Shown piece by piece: positions 1 to 9,434 of a DNA stretch of 15,211 nt. How positions within the stretch are numbered: position 1 is the stretch's first letter; each line of letters opens with the position of its first letter. The stretch is from an uncultured Candidatus Rokubacteria bacterium (GTDB lineage: Bacteria; Methylomirabilota; Methylomirabilia; Rokubacteriales; DASRDR01): positions 1 to 15,211 of the forward strand of contig CAVPSB010000001.1 in assembly GCA_963708025.1 (NCBI GenBank). Reading direction: 5' to 3'. A program made the translations under genes and the position numbers. The notes under the pieces are model-generated. The model searched no databases, was not told where the DNA came from, and was given only the letters and a program-made list of their open reading frames with translations.

Positions 1-1411
1 GAGGGTCTCGAGCTCATCCAGCGCAACGCCGACACCATCCTGGAGCAGGTGGGGATCGACTTCCGGGACCCCGACGCGCTGGCCACGCTGAAGGCGGGCG
101 GAGCCGACGTCGAGGGCGAGCGCGTGCGGTTCCCCCGCGGCATGGCCCGTTCCCTGGTCCAGGCCACCGCGCCGCGGGAGTTCGTCCAGTACGCGCGCAA
201 CCCCGAGAACAACGTCCGGTTCGGCGGCGATGCCACGGTGTTCGCCCCCGCCTACGGATCGCCCTTCGTGCGCGACCTGGACGGCGGCCGCCGGTACGGG
301 ACCATCGAGGACTTCCGCAACTTCGTGAAGCTCACCTACGCGTCGCCCTACCTGCACCACTCGGGCGGAACCGTGTGCGAGCCGGTGGACCTGCCCGTGA
401 ACAAGCGGCACTTCGACATGGTGTACGCCCACCTGCGGTACTCGGACAAGCCGTTCATGGGCTCGGTCACCCACCCCGACCGCGCCCGCGACACCGTGGA
501 GATGGCCCGGATCCTGTTCGGCGCCGAGTACGTCGAGGACCACTGGGTGGTCCTCGGCCTGATCAACGTCAACTCCCCGCTGGTGTGGGACGGCACCATG
601 CTCGGGCCGAGCGCGGGCCTACGCCGAGGCGAACCAGGCGCCGGTGATGATGCCGTTCATCCTCGCCGGCGCCATGAGCCCGGTCACCGTCGCCGGCGCG
701 GCCACCCAGACGCAGGCCGAGACGATGGCCGGGCATGGCCTACGGGCAGCTCGTCCGGCCCGGGTCGCCGGTGATCTTCGGCTCGTTCGTGTCGTCGATG
801 TCGATGCGGTCGGGGTCGCCGACGTTCGGGACGCCGGAGCCCGCGCTGGTCCTGGTACGTCTGGCAGCGTGGCGCGGCGGGTGGGCGTGCCGTTCCGAAG
901 CGGCGGCGCCTTCACGTCGTCGAAGGTCCCCGACGCCCAGGCGGTGGACGAGTCGGCGATCACCATGCAGCCGGCGATGCTGGGCGGGGCGAACTTCATC
1001 CTGCACTCGGCCGGCTGGCTGGAGGGCGGACTGGCCATGGGCTACGAGAAGTTCGTCCTGGACAACGACAGTCGGGGATGTGCGCTCACGCGTTCGCCAA
1101 GGGCGTGGACCTCTCGCCGAACGGCCAGGCGATCGACGGATCATCGAGGACGGTCCGGGCCAGCACTTCTTCGGGGCGCCGCACACACTGGCCACTTCGA
1201 GTCGGCGTTCTACCGGTCGAACGTGGCCGACAACAACAGCTTCGAGCAGTGGGACCTCGAGGGCGGGCTGGACGCGGCCCAGCGGGCCAACGGGATCTGG
1301 AAGCGGATGCTCGCGGAGTACGAGGCGCCGCCGATCGACGAGGCGGCGGACGAGGCGCTCCGCGAGTGGATCGAACGTCGCAAGGCCTCCTTCCCCGACT
1401 CCAACGTGTGA
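1..1411 (+). CDS. Trimethylamine methyltransferase (MttB/MtgB superfamily, non-pyrrolysine), 5'-truncated by the window and split by about 6 apparent frameshifts
   Basis: Family-typical segments across frames: APAYGSPFVRDLDGGRRYGTIEDFRNFVKL, SGGTVCEPVD, SDKPFMGSV, NVNSPLVWD, PFILAGAMSPVT, QLVRPGSPVIFGSF, RSGSPTFGTPE, PFRSGGAFTSSKVPDAQA, GANFILHSAGWLEGGL, GPGQHFFG. Frame switches near 610, 733, 858, 1070, 1138 and 1192. Stop TGA 1409-1411 overlaps the next ATG. Confidence 0.9.
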
Positions 1412-2280
1412 TGGTCACGGACCGCGAGGCTTCCCCGCAGGAGGGCACGGCCACGTCCGTGCTGGGCCGGGTCCTGGCGGCCGCGCAGTTCGAAGTGATC
1501 CCGCTGCGGGACGCGTTCGACCGGGCGAGCGTGCTCGAGCCGGGCTCGTGCGTCACCGTGACGTCCTCACCGTCGAAGGGCTTGGAGCCCACGCTGGCGC
1601 TGGCCGAACGCCTGGCGGGAGCGGGCTACGCGGTGATCCCGCACCTCGCGGCGCGGTCGGTTCGGGACCGCGCCCACCTCGCCGAAGTGGTGACCCGGCT
1701 GGGGGCGGCAGGGATCCGGCGTGCCTTCGTGGTAGCGGGCGATGCCGAGGAGCCGGGGCCGTACCCAGACGGGCTGTCGCTCCTGCGCGAGCTCGACGAG
1801 CTGGGCCGACCGTTCGACGACGTAGGCGTGCCCGCCTACCCCGAGGGACATCCCTTGATCGAGCGCGAGGTCCTGGGGCGCGCCCTGCTGGAGAAGCAGC
1901 GGTTCGCCTCGTCCATGACCACCCAGCTGTGCTTCGACCCGGCGGCGCTCACCGCGTGGCTGTCCGGGGCGCGGGCGGAGGGGGACCGGCTCCCGGTCGT
2001 GCTGGGCATCCCGGGGCCGGCGGACCTCACGCGCGTGGTGCGAATCGCATCGCGGATCGGGGTGGCCGACGCGTCCCGCTACGTGCGGAAGAACCGTGGC
2101 GTTCTCGGCGCGGTGCTCCGGCGACGGGCGTTCCGGCCCGATCGTCTGCTGGCCGGGCTGGGGCCGGCGCTCGACGATCCCGAGGCCGACATCGCCGGGG
2201 TGCACGTGTTCACGTTCAACCAGGTGGCGGAGGCCGCCGCGTGGCGGTCGCGCGTCCTGGCCCGGGCCGCGGTCAGCTGA
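1411..2280 (+). CDS. metF: Methylenetetrahydrofolate reductase (MetF-like)
   Basis: ATG at 1411 overlaps the upstream stop (TGATG). Motifs FEVIP, IPHLAARSV, VAGDAEEP, GVPAYPEGHP, TTQLCFD, GIPGP, HVFTFNQV. Uninterrupted frame. Confidence 0.85.
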   Translation: MVTDREASPQEGTATSVLGRVLAAAQFEVIPLRDAFDRASVLEPGSCVTVTSSPSKGLEPTLALAERLAGAGYAVIPHLAARSVRDRAHLAEVVTRLGAAGIRRAFVVAGDAEEPGPYPDGLSLLRELDELGRPFDDVGVPAYPEGHPLIEREVLGRALLEKQRFASSMTTQLCFDPAALTAWLSGARAEGDRLPVVLGIPGPADLTRVVRIASRIGVADASRYVRKNRGVLGAVLRRRAFRPDRLLAGLGPALDDPEADIAGVHVFTFNQVAEAAAWRSRVLARAAVS

Positions 2281-2773
2281 CGTCCGCGGCCTGTTCGACG
2301 AGCCAGTCCACGAGGTACCCGGCGAACGAGGGCCGGACCAGCACCCGGGTCGACGCGTCGGTCTCCCACAGGATCACCGGAACGCGGGCCAGAAGCGTCT
2401 GTGCGCACCAGCCGGCTGACCAGGCCCGCGGGTGGAGATCCAGGCCGCAGCCGGCCGCCAGCAGGTCGAGCCGGGCAGGGCCGGTGAGCTCGATGGCCAC
2501 GCGGTTCGCCGACACGTCGACGACGGAGTGATGGACCCGGGCGAGCGCCCCTTCGACCTCGCCGATGACATCAGCGACCGGACGGGACCGGACGACCAGC
2601 AGCCATTCGTCGGGGCCGAGCCACAGGGCGGACAGGCCGGCTCCCTCCGCGACGGTGTTCGGCTCGAGCGGCAGGGCGAACGGCAACAGATCAGCGTCCC
2701 CCGGATCGAGGCGAAGGTCGATCTGCGTGAGGCCGTAGGGTGCGAGCTTCATCGGAGCCTCAGGCCTGGTCAC
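2273..2773 (-). CDS. soxG: Sarcosine oxidase gamma subunit
   Basis: LWLGPDEWLL, VVDVSANR, GCGLDLHP, CAQTLLA, VRPSFAGYL motifs. Lies downstream of soxA. Start uncertain (GTG 2773 with GGAAGG upstream, or ATG 2752). Confidence 0.9.
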   Translation of the reverse strand: MTRPEAPMKLAPYGLTQIDLRLDPGDADLLPFALPLEPNTVAEGAGLSALWLGPDEWLLVVRSRPVADVIGEVEGALARVHHSVVDVSANRVAIELTGPARLDLLAAGCGLDLHPRAWSAGWCAQTLLARVPVILWETDASTRVLVRPSFAGYLVDWLVEQAADVS

Positions 2774-2838
2774 CGGCCGGACCTTCCGTGAACTCGTTGG
2801 CGTGATCGGCGACCCACCCGCGGAACGAACATGACGAT

Positions 2839-3141
2839 CTAGCTCAGTGTTTCCGCGATCGAAGTCACTGTGACGGCCTTCATGTCTGGAGCGTACTTGG
2901 CGATCAACTGGACTCGCAGGCCACCAGGGAGCACCAGATCTACCGACGCTACTCCCCCTGGCGTCTGCTCGATCACCAAGGCGGGGACGCCGTGAACCGT
3001 CGAAACGGTTGCGATGGATCCCAGCGGGCTCGCACTATGGGTCCGGCCGGAATGCGACCGAGAGGTCTGCCAGACGACTGCACCGGCCAGCACAGCAGCG
3101 AGAGCAACACCAGCCACGATTCGCCAATGTCCCCGCCTCAC
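2839..3141 (-). CDS. Hypothetical ~100-aa protein with N-terminal signal/anchor helix
   Basis: GTG at 3141 is preceded by GGAGG (the ORF track starts it at TTG 3153). Basic N-terminus, then hydrophobic IVAGVALAAVLAGAVVW. Many A/T-ending codons compared with its neighbours. No family recognised. Confidence 0.55.
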   Translation of the reverse strand: MRRGHWRIVAGVALAAVLAGAVVWQTSRSHSGRTHSASPLGSIATVSTVHGVPALVIEQTPGGVASVDLVLPGGLRVQLIAKYAPDMKAVTVTSIAETLS

Positions 3142-3240
3142 GTTGCCCTCCAACAGGAGCGGCCACAGGTTGGAGGAAGCTCCTTCGATCGTAGGCTCGG
3201 TGCCGGCGTCTGGATCCCTTGCCGATCGGCGGACCGCAGC

Positions 3241-5963
3241 TCACCCGTCACGCTTGGCTCCCTCGGCGTCATAAAACACCGGCGGCGTAACGGTGACGGT
3301 GACCAGCCGCTCCCCGAGCGGCACGAACACTGTTTCCCCGTGCCGCTCCGATCCGCCCTTCAGCATGGCCAGGGCGAAGGTCCGCCCGAGCGCCGCGCTC
3401 CGGTAGCTCGACGTGACGTGGCCCACCATGGGAATCGGTGGGACGTCCTTCGGCTGCGCCACCAGCTGCGCGCCCTCGGGCAGCAGCTCCTCGGGGTCCT
3501 CGGGGAGCAGGCCGACCAGCTGCCTGCGGTCCGGGCGCCGCAGCTCCGCCCGGCGCAGCGACCGCCGTCCGACGAAGTCGCCCTTCGTCTCCGATACGAT
3601 CCACGCCATATCGAGGTCGTACGGCGTGACCGTGCCGTCCGTGTCCTGCCCCACGATCACGTAGCCCTTCTCCGCTCGGAGCACGTGCATGGCCTCGGTG
3701 CCGTACGGGGTGAGTCCGAACGGCGCGCCGGCCTCGGCCAGCGCCTCCCACACGCGGAGCCCGTCCGTGCCGGGGGTCCACACCTCGAAGGCCAGCTCGC
3801 CGGAGAAGCTGATCCGCGCCAGCCGTACGGGGACCCCCGCCACCGTCCCGTCGCGGAACGTCATGAACGGGAACGCCTCCTGCGACACGTCGATGTCGGT
3901 CCCGGCGGCGCGCAGGACCTCCCGAGCACGCGGGCCGGCCACGGCCGCCGTCGCCCACTGCTCGGTCACCGACGTGAGGTACACGCGGAGGTCGGGCCAC
4001 TCGGTCTGCAGCCACTCCTCGAGGTGGTCGAGCACCCGGGCTGCGCCACCGGTGGTGGTGGTGATCAGATACCGGTCGTCGGCCTCCCGCATGGCCACCC
4101 CGTCGTCGAACACCATCCCGTCGAGCCGAGCATGAACCCGTACCGGATCCGTCCGGGCTTCAGCGTGCTCATGGCGTTCGAGTACATGCGGTCGAGGAAC
4201 ACGGCGGCGTCCGGCCCGACCACGACGATCTTGCCGAGCGTCGACGCATCCTGGATCCCCGCCGCGGTGCGAACCGCCAGGCATTCGCGGGCCACCGCCG
4301 CGTCCAGGTCCTCGCCGTCCCGCGGGTAGTACCAGGGCCGGTGCCACTGACCGACGTTCTCGAACCGGGCTCCGCGGGCCTCGTGCCACGGGTGGATCGG
4401 CGTGACCCGGACCGGGTCGAATAGCCGTCCACGGTACGGCCCCGCCACCACGTGGAACGGGACGGGCGTCCACGGCGGGCGAGGGTTCGACGGTCCCTGC
4501 GCGCCCGGGTCCATGCCCAGGAGCTGGTTGACGATCTCCGCGGTCGAGGGCGCCGGAGGTCCGGCCCTGGTCGACGGCGGTCCCGATGTACGTGGCCCGC
4601 TTGACGTGCTCGATGGACCGCAGCCCGCCGTCGACCGCCGCCGCCACGTCGGCCACCGTCTGGTCCCGCTGGAGGTCCACGAAGTGGCGCTGAGAGGTCC
4701 GTCCGCCGGCGACGAACCGGATACGGCTCGCCGGGGACGGTCATCGGCGGCCGGACGCCGCCTGCGCGCCCGCCCGATGACCCGAGCCAGTCAGGGCCCC
4801 CGCCGTCGGGCGACGAAGCGCGCCTCGCCGGCTCGTCCCAGCCGCATCCGTTCCGCCGACCGCTCGGTACAGGCTGCAGTCGCGGGGTTCCACCCGCCGA
4901 GACACGGCGAGCAGATCGGCGGCGAGCGTCCGCGTCTCGGCGCCGTCGTTCGAGCAGGACCGCCGTCGAGCCGCTCCCGGCCCGTCGGTCCCCACCACGG
5001 TCCAGCCGTGCGAGGACGCGTCGATCCCCTCGGTGCGGCGCCTCGGACCGTCGGCCGTGCGCCCAGCGGGTCGACCACGGTCGACGACGGCACGCCGGCG
5101 TTGCGTCGAGCGGCCGCCGCCGTCGACGCCGCCGTTCGTTCGTGGTGAAGACGACCGCCCGTGTCGCCCGGAACGCACGGCGAACCGGTCGACGTAGTGG
5201 CGGACCGCGCCCGCCAGCATGACGCCCGGGCCGGTCGTTGTCGGCGAACGCGATCGGCCGCTCGTGCGCCCCGGTGGCCAGCACGACGCTGCCGGGCCCG
5301 CACGTGCCAGAGGCGCTCGAACGGCCGGGAGCCGCTCGTGCGACCGACGAAGCCGTCGTCGTAGATCCCCGGCGCCGCCGTGCTCGGGCCAGGACGCGCG
5401 TCCCGGCCGGCCAGCAGATCGTCGCTGCGCGGCCGCGATCCACCGCCGACGGGGCCGCCCGTCCGGTCAGCCGCGCGGAGCGAGCAGCGTGCCGCCGAAC
5501 GCGGCCGTTCGTCGACCAGCATCACCCGGTCGCCGGCGGCCGCCGCCTCGACCGCGGCGGCCGAGCCCGGCCGGCCCGGCGCCGACCACCAGCATGTCGA
5601 CGTGCGCATGCCGGTGGCCGCAGCGGCGGCACGTCGCCGGACGGCCGGGCAGGCGCCCGACGCCCGCGACGGGGCTCGCGCCCAGCCCGTCCACCAGCGG
5701 ACCATCGTGGCCGGCCCGATCAGGTCGGACCCCGGCTCCGCGACCTCGACGAGGGCGTTCGGCTTCCTCCGGCCCGGCCGTCATGATCGCCGCGCGGCCG
5801 GCCGAGGATGGCGAGCGCGACCCCACGCCGACCACGCCGTTGGCCAGCAGCGCCGAGGCCAGCGTGTCGCCCGCGAGCCCCTCGTACGCCCGGCCGTCGA
5901 ACCGGAACGCGAGTCGGCCGACCGATCCACCATCCCGCCGGCAGTCGAGCCGCCGCCGCTCAC
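3241..5963 (-). CDS. soxA: Sarcosine oxidase alpha subunit, heavily frameshifted in its 5' half
   Basis: GTG 5963 overlaps the soxD stop (GTGA). N-terminal FRFDGRAYEGLAGDTLASALLANG, DMLVVGAGPAG, VVLATGAHERPIAFADNDRPG, VDLQRDQTVAD, IEHVKRATYIGTAVDQG, FENVGQWHRPWYYP, DASTLGKI, GcvT-like RISFSGELAFE, PYGTEAMHVLRAEKG, C-terminal GHVTSSYRS...FYDAEGAKRDG. Confidence 0.9.
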
Positions 5964-6241
5964 GACGGTGGACCTCGGCGTCGGCTCGCCGATCCGGTGA
6001 CGGACCCGATCTCGTGGGTGACCGTGTTCCGCACGACGTTGAACCACCGCCGGCAACCGTGGGTGTGGTACCAGCGCTCCGCGAAGAACCCCTTCGGGTT
6101 GTCCCGCAGGAACAGGTAGTCGGCCCACTCGGCGTCGCTCAGCGCGTCCGGATCGGCCGGATAGGCGAGCCCGGCCTGCCCGCCGTATCGGAACTCGACC
6201 TCGTCGCGGGGCCCGCACCACGGGCAGGGGATCAGCAGCAC
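5960..6241 (-). CDS. soxD: Sarcosine oxidase delta subunit (Zn-binding)
   Basis: GTG 6241 after GAGGGG. MLLIPCPWCGPRDEVEFRYGGQA...YLFLRDNPKG...ERWYHTHGCRRWFNVVRNTVTHEI with the CxxC/HxxGC Zn ligands. Confidence 0.93.
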   Translation of the reverse strand: MLLIPCPWCGPRDEVEFRYGGQAGLAYPADPDALSDAEWADYLFLRDNPKGFFAERWYHTHGCRRWFNVVRNTVTHEIGSVTGSASRRRGPPS

Positions 6242-6254
6242 GGCGACCGCCCCC

Positions 6255-7449
6255 TCAATGGGCGACGCCGGCGGCGCCGTGCTCGTCGATGAGCGCCCCG
6301 GTCGTGAACCGGTCGAGCGCGAACGGTTCGGCCAGCGGGTGCGGCCGCCCGTGGGCGATCGTGTCGGCGAAGACCCAGCCCGAACCCGGCGTCGCCTTGA
6401 ACCCGCCGGTGCCCCACCCGCAGTTGAGGTACAGGCTATCGATCGGGCGTGAGCCCGAGGATCGGCGACGCGTCCGGGCAGACGTCCACGATGCCGCCCC
6501 ACGTCCGCAGCAGCTTGCGCGTGGGCGAACACCGGGAACAGCTCGACGGCCGCGGCCAGCTGGCGCTCGATGACGTGGAACGAGCCGCGCTGGGCGTACG
6601 AGTTGTACGCGTCGATCCCGGCCCCCATGACCAGTTCGCCCTTGTCGGCCTGGCTGCACGTAGACGTGGACGGCGTTCGACATGACCACGCAGTCCAGGA
6701 TCGGCTCGAGCAGGTCGGACACGAGCGCCTGGAGCGGGTGGCTCTGCAGCGGCAGCCGCAGTCCCACCATTGACGGCGAGCACCGAGGTGTGACCCGCCG
6801 CGACCAGCGCCACTCGCGGCGGCGATGTCGCCCCGCGTGGTCCGCACGCCCGGGACCCGGCCGCCGTCGACGTCGAACCCGGTCACCTCGCAATGCTCCA
6901 CGATGTCGACGCCCAGGCGGTCGGCCGCGGTGGCCAGCCCCCAGGCCACGTTGTCGTGCCGGGCGATGCCGCCCCGCCGCTGCAGCGTGGCTCCGAGCAC
7001 GGGGTACCGGACGTCGGGGGACACGTTGACGATCGGGCAGAACGAGGCGACCTCGTCCGGCGTCAGCCACTCGGCGTCGACGCCGTTCAGCACGTTGGCG
7101 AACACCCGCCGCCGACTCTACCGAACGTCGCCGAGGTCGTGCGCGAGGTTGAGCACGCCCGCGCTGGCTGAACTGGAGGTCCGTGTCGAGGTCCTCTTCG
7201 AGCCCCTCCCACAGCTTGAGCGAGTGCTCGTAGATGGCGGCGCGACTCGTCCCACAGGTAGTTCGAACGGATGATCGTGGTGTTGCGGGCCACGTTCCCG
7301 CCGCCCAGCCAGCCGCGCTCCACCACCGCCACGTCCGTGATGCCGTGGTTCCGGGCGAGGTAGTAGGCCGTGGCCAGCCCGTGTCCTCCGGCGCCGACGA
7401 CGACGACGTCGTAGGCGCGTCGCGGCTCCGCCGCCCGCCAGAAGCTCAT
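6255..7449 (-). CDS. soxB: Sarcosine oxidase beta subunit, with several frameshifts
   Basis: [50 protein letters not shown] (flavinylation His region), [37 protein letters not shown]-terminal [11 protein letters not shown]. Confidence 0.93.
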
Positions 7450-7460
7450 CGCTGCGCCGG

Positions 7461-7466
7461 ATTGTA
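7461..7466 (-). promoter_or_regulatory. Candidate -10 box (TACAAT) for the soxBDAG operon
   Basis: TACAAT on the minus strand, 11 nt before the soxB ATG, in otherwise GC-rich DNA. No Shine-Dalgarno in between. Confidence 0.45.
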
Positions 7467-7533
7467 CGGGCACGGGCCGTGGCCGCGGACGGACCGGGAC
7501 TGGGAGGATGGGCCCGAATCCGAGGGGCACGCC

Positions 7534-8463
7534 ATGCGACCCGAGCAGACGACGACGCCGACGAGGGGCGCGCGATCCGACGTGATCGGCGGCGTGTTCA
7601 TCGTGGCCATGGCGTTCCAGTTCGCCGGCGTGGTAATCCTGGCGGACCCCGTCCGGGCGGCCGGCGTGTCGATCCCGTCGATGCTCTCCATCCGATTCGG
7701 GACCTGCGGCCTCCTGCTGGCCGGGGTGCTGGCGGTTCGGCGGATGCCGATTCGGCCCGCGGCCGGCGAGGGCCGCCGGTTGTGGGTGCTGGGGATGGTC
7801 GCCTACGCCTCGGAGTCGGCGTTCTACTTCGCGGCCATCGGGCACGGAACCGTCACGGCGGTGACGCTGCTGTTCTTCACGTATCCGGTCATCGTGGGGC
7901 TGGCCGGCATCGCCATGGGCCGGGGCGTGCCCGGCCGGCTGCTGGGGGCGGCGCTGGCCGCCTCGCTGGCGGGGGCCGCGCTGGTGGTGGTGGCCGGGGG
8001 CGGGGTGGACATCGAGGGCCCGGGCGTGGTGTTTGCCCTGTGCTCCGCTGTGACCTACGCCGCGTACCTCCTGGGCGCCGAGCGGGTCCTCGAGCGGACG
8101 AACTCGCTGGTGGCGGCCATGGTCATCGGGCTGGGGGCTGGGGTGGGGCTGGCCCTGTTCGCCCTCATCACCGGGCAGGGCAGGTGGCCCGCGACGTGGG
8201 ACGCCTGGTGGCGGGTCGTGGCCATGGGGGCGCTGACGGCGGGCGCGTTCGTGTGCCTGTTCGAGGGGCTGCGCCGGCTGGGGGCGCTTCGGACCTCGAT
8301 CATCAGCTCGACCGAGCCGCTGGCGGTCGCCGTGCTCGCCGCGGCCTTCCTGGGCGAACGGATCACGGTGGGAACCGCGCTCGGCGGGGCCCTCATCCTG
8401 GGCGGGGCGGTGGCCGCCTCGGTGGCCCGGACCGCTCCGTCCGGCGAACCGCCCGGGCCGTGA
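7534..8463 (+). CDS. EamA/DMT-family membrane transporter
   Basis: ATG 7534 after GAGGGG. About 10 hydrophobic segments in two repeats; [36 protein letters not shown]...GGALILGG. Confidence 0.88.
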   Translation: MRPEQTTTPTRGARSDVIGGVFIVAMAFQFAGVVILADPVRAAGVSIPSMLSIRFGTCGLLLAGVLAVRRMPIRPAAGEGRRLWVLGMVAYASESAFYFAAIGHGTVTAVTLLFFTYPVIVGLAGIAMGRGVPGRLLGAALAASLAGAALVVVAGGGVDIEGPGVVFALCSAVTYAAYLLGAERVLERTNSLVAAMVIGLGAGVGLALFALITGQGRWPATWDAWWRVVAMGALTAGAFVCLFEGLRRLGALRTSIISSTEPLAVAVLAAAFLGERITVGTALGGALILGGAVAASVARTAPSGEPPGP

Positions 8464-8469
8464 GGGACC

Positions 8470-9228
8470 CTATCCGTCCTGGGCGGTGACCGGCCCCTTC
8501 ACCCAGCGGTTGAGCCAGTACAGCGTCACCAGGTCCAGCCGGTTCCCGTTGTCCAGCCCCAGGCCGTGGGCGTTGCCCGACAGCGGATCGAGGGCGGCCG
8601 TCACGCCTCGCGACCGGTACGCATCGTACGCGGCCTCCGAGTTGGCGAACGGCACATGCTCATCGTCCCTGGCGTGGGCCAGCAGCAGGGGCGCCGAGTG
8701 CTTGGTCACCACCGGCTGCTCAGTCCCGCCCGACCAGGAGACCGCTCCGTCCATGCCGATGTCCGAGCCCATCATGGCCAGGCCGGTGGCCAGGACCCCG
8801 CCCGCCGACGTGCCGTGCGCGCCGATCCGGTCGGGGTCCACCTCCGGGCGGCTCCGCACGTAGGCCACCGCGGCCTCGGCGTCCTGCATCGCCGTGAAGA
8901 CGTCGCCCACGGTCCGGTAGTCGGTGTTCATCACGAAGTACCCGGCGAAGGCGAGCCGGGTGGCGATGCGGGTGTTCGCGCTCCGGGAGCCGCCGGTGAA
9001 GCCCCCGCCGTGGAACTCGACGATGGCCGGGCAGGGGCAGCCGCTCGACGGCCAGTAGAAGTCCGCCTCCAGGCGGTGTCCGCCGACCGTCCGCCACAGC
9101 AGCCCGACCTGCGAGTGGATGGACGGGCGCCCCGCTCCGTCCGCCGGCGACGAGGCCGGATCCACGAGGGCGAGACCGGCCACCACCGCCGCGCCCACCA
9201 TCCACGTCGCGATCGCCTTCCGCCGCAT
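8470..9228 (-). CDS. Secreted alpha/beta hydrolase (HSL-like esterase/lipase)
   Basis: Signal peptide MRRKAIATWMVGAAVVAGLA, oxyanion HGGGF, nucleophile GTSAGG, candidate Asp in HARDDEHVP and His in GNAHG. AAGGAG upstream. Confidence 0.85.
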   Translation of the reverse strand: MRRKAIATWMVGAAVVAGLALVDPASSPADGAGRPSIHSQVGLLWRTVGGHRLEADFYWPSSGCPCPAIVEFHGGGFTGGSRSANTRIATRLAFAGYFVMNTDYRTVGDVFTAMQDAEAAVAYVRSRPEVDPDRIGAHGTSAGGVLATGLAMMGSDIGMDGAVSWSGGTEQPVVTKHSAPLLLAHARDDEHVPFANSEAAYDAYRSRGVTAALDPLSGNAHGLGLDNGNRLDLVTLYWLNRWVKGPVTAQDG

Positions 9229-9434
9229 GGCCCGCGTCTCCTTCGTCCCGCCCCGTTGTCGCGCCGAGGAATCGGCGTGTCACCTGAGGTGTCGGCCCGA
9301 AGACGCTCGTTCCTGCAGGGACCCGGGGCCGAATCCCCCGCGGAGGTCGAACACCCGATCCCTGGCCTAGTCCACGACCCGGCGCCCGGGCCGCGTGCGG
9401 TGGATTCGCCGGGAGTGGGGATCCGGGCGGTCCG

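Noticed and set aside
901-930. Possible pyrrolysine (amber) recoding in the MttB-family gene
   Set aside because: No in-frame TAG. The equivalent codon is TTC (Phe).
1078-2280. Apparent MttB-MetF fusion ORF
   Set aside because: Frameshift artefact. The MttB C-terminus has its own stop overlapping the metF ATG at 1411.
2992-6292. Long Arg/Pro/Gly-rich plus-strand ORFs opposite soxA, and similar shadow ORFs elsewhere
   Set aside because: Typical stop-poor antisense frames of high-GC genes, with no recognisable motifs.
5960-7105. Apparent SoxB-SoxD fusion ORF
   Set aside because: soxB ends normally (GVAH-stop at 6255) in another frame, and soxD has its own RBS and GTG.
9229-9434. Intergenic region with small hairpins, a CCTCAGG string recalling a glycine riboswitch and a GCCGACAC sigma-28-like box
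   Set aside because: The remaining glycine-aptamer core is not recognisable and the promoter match is weak. An Rfam/Infernal scan would be needed.
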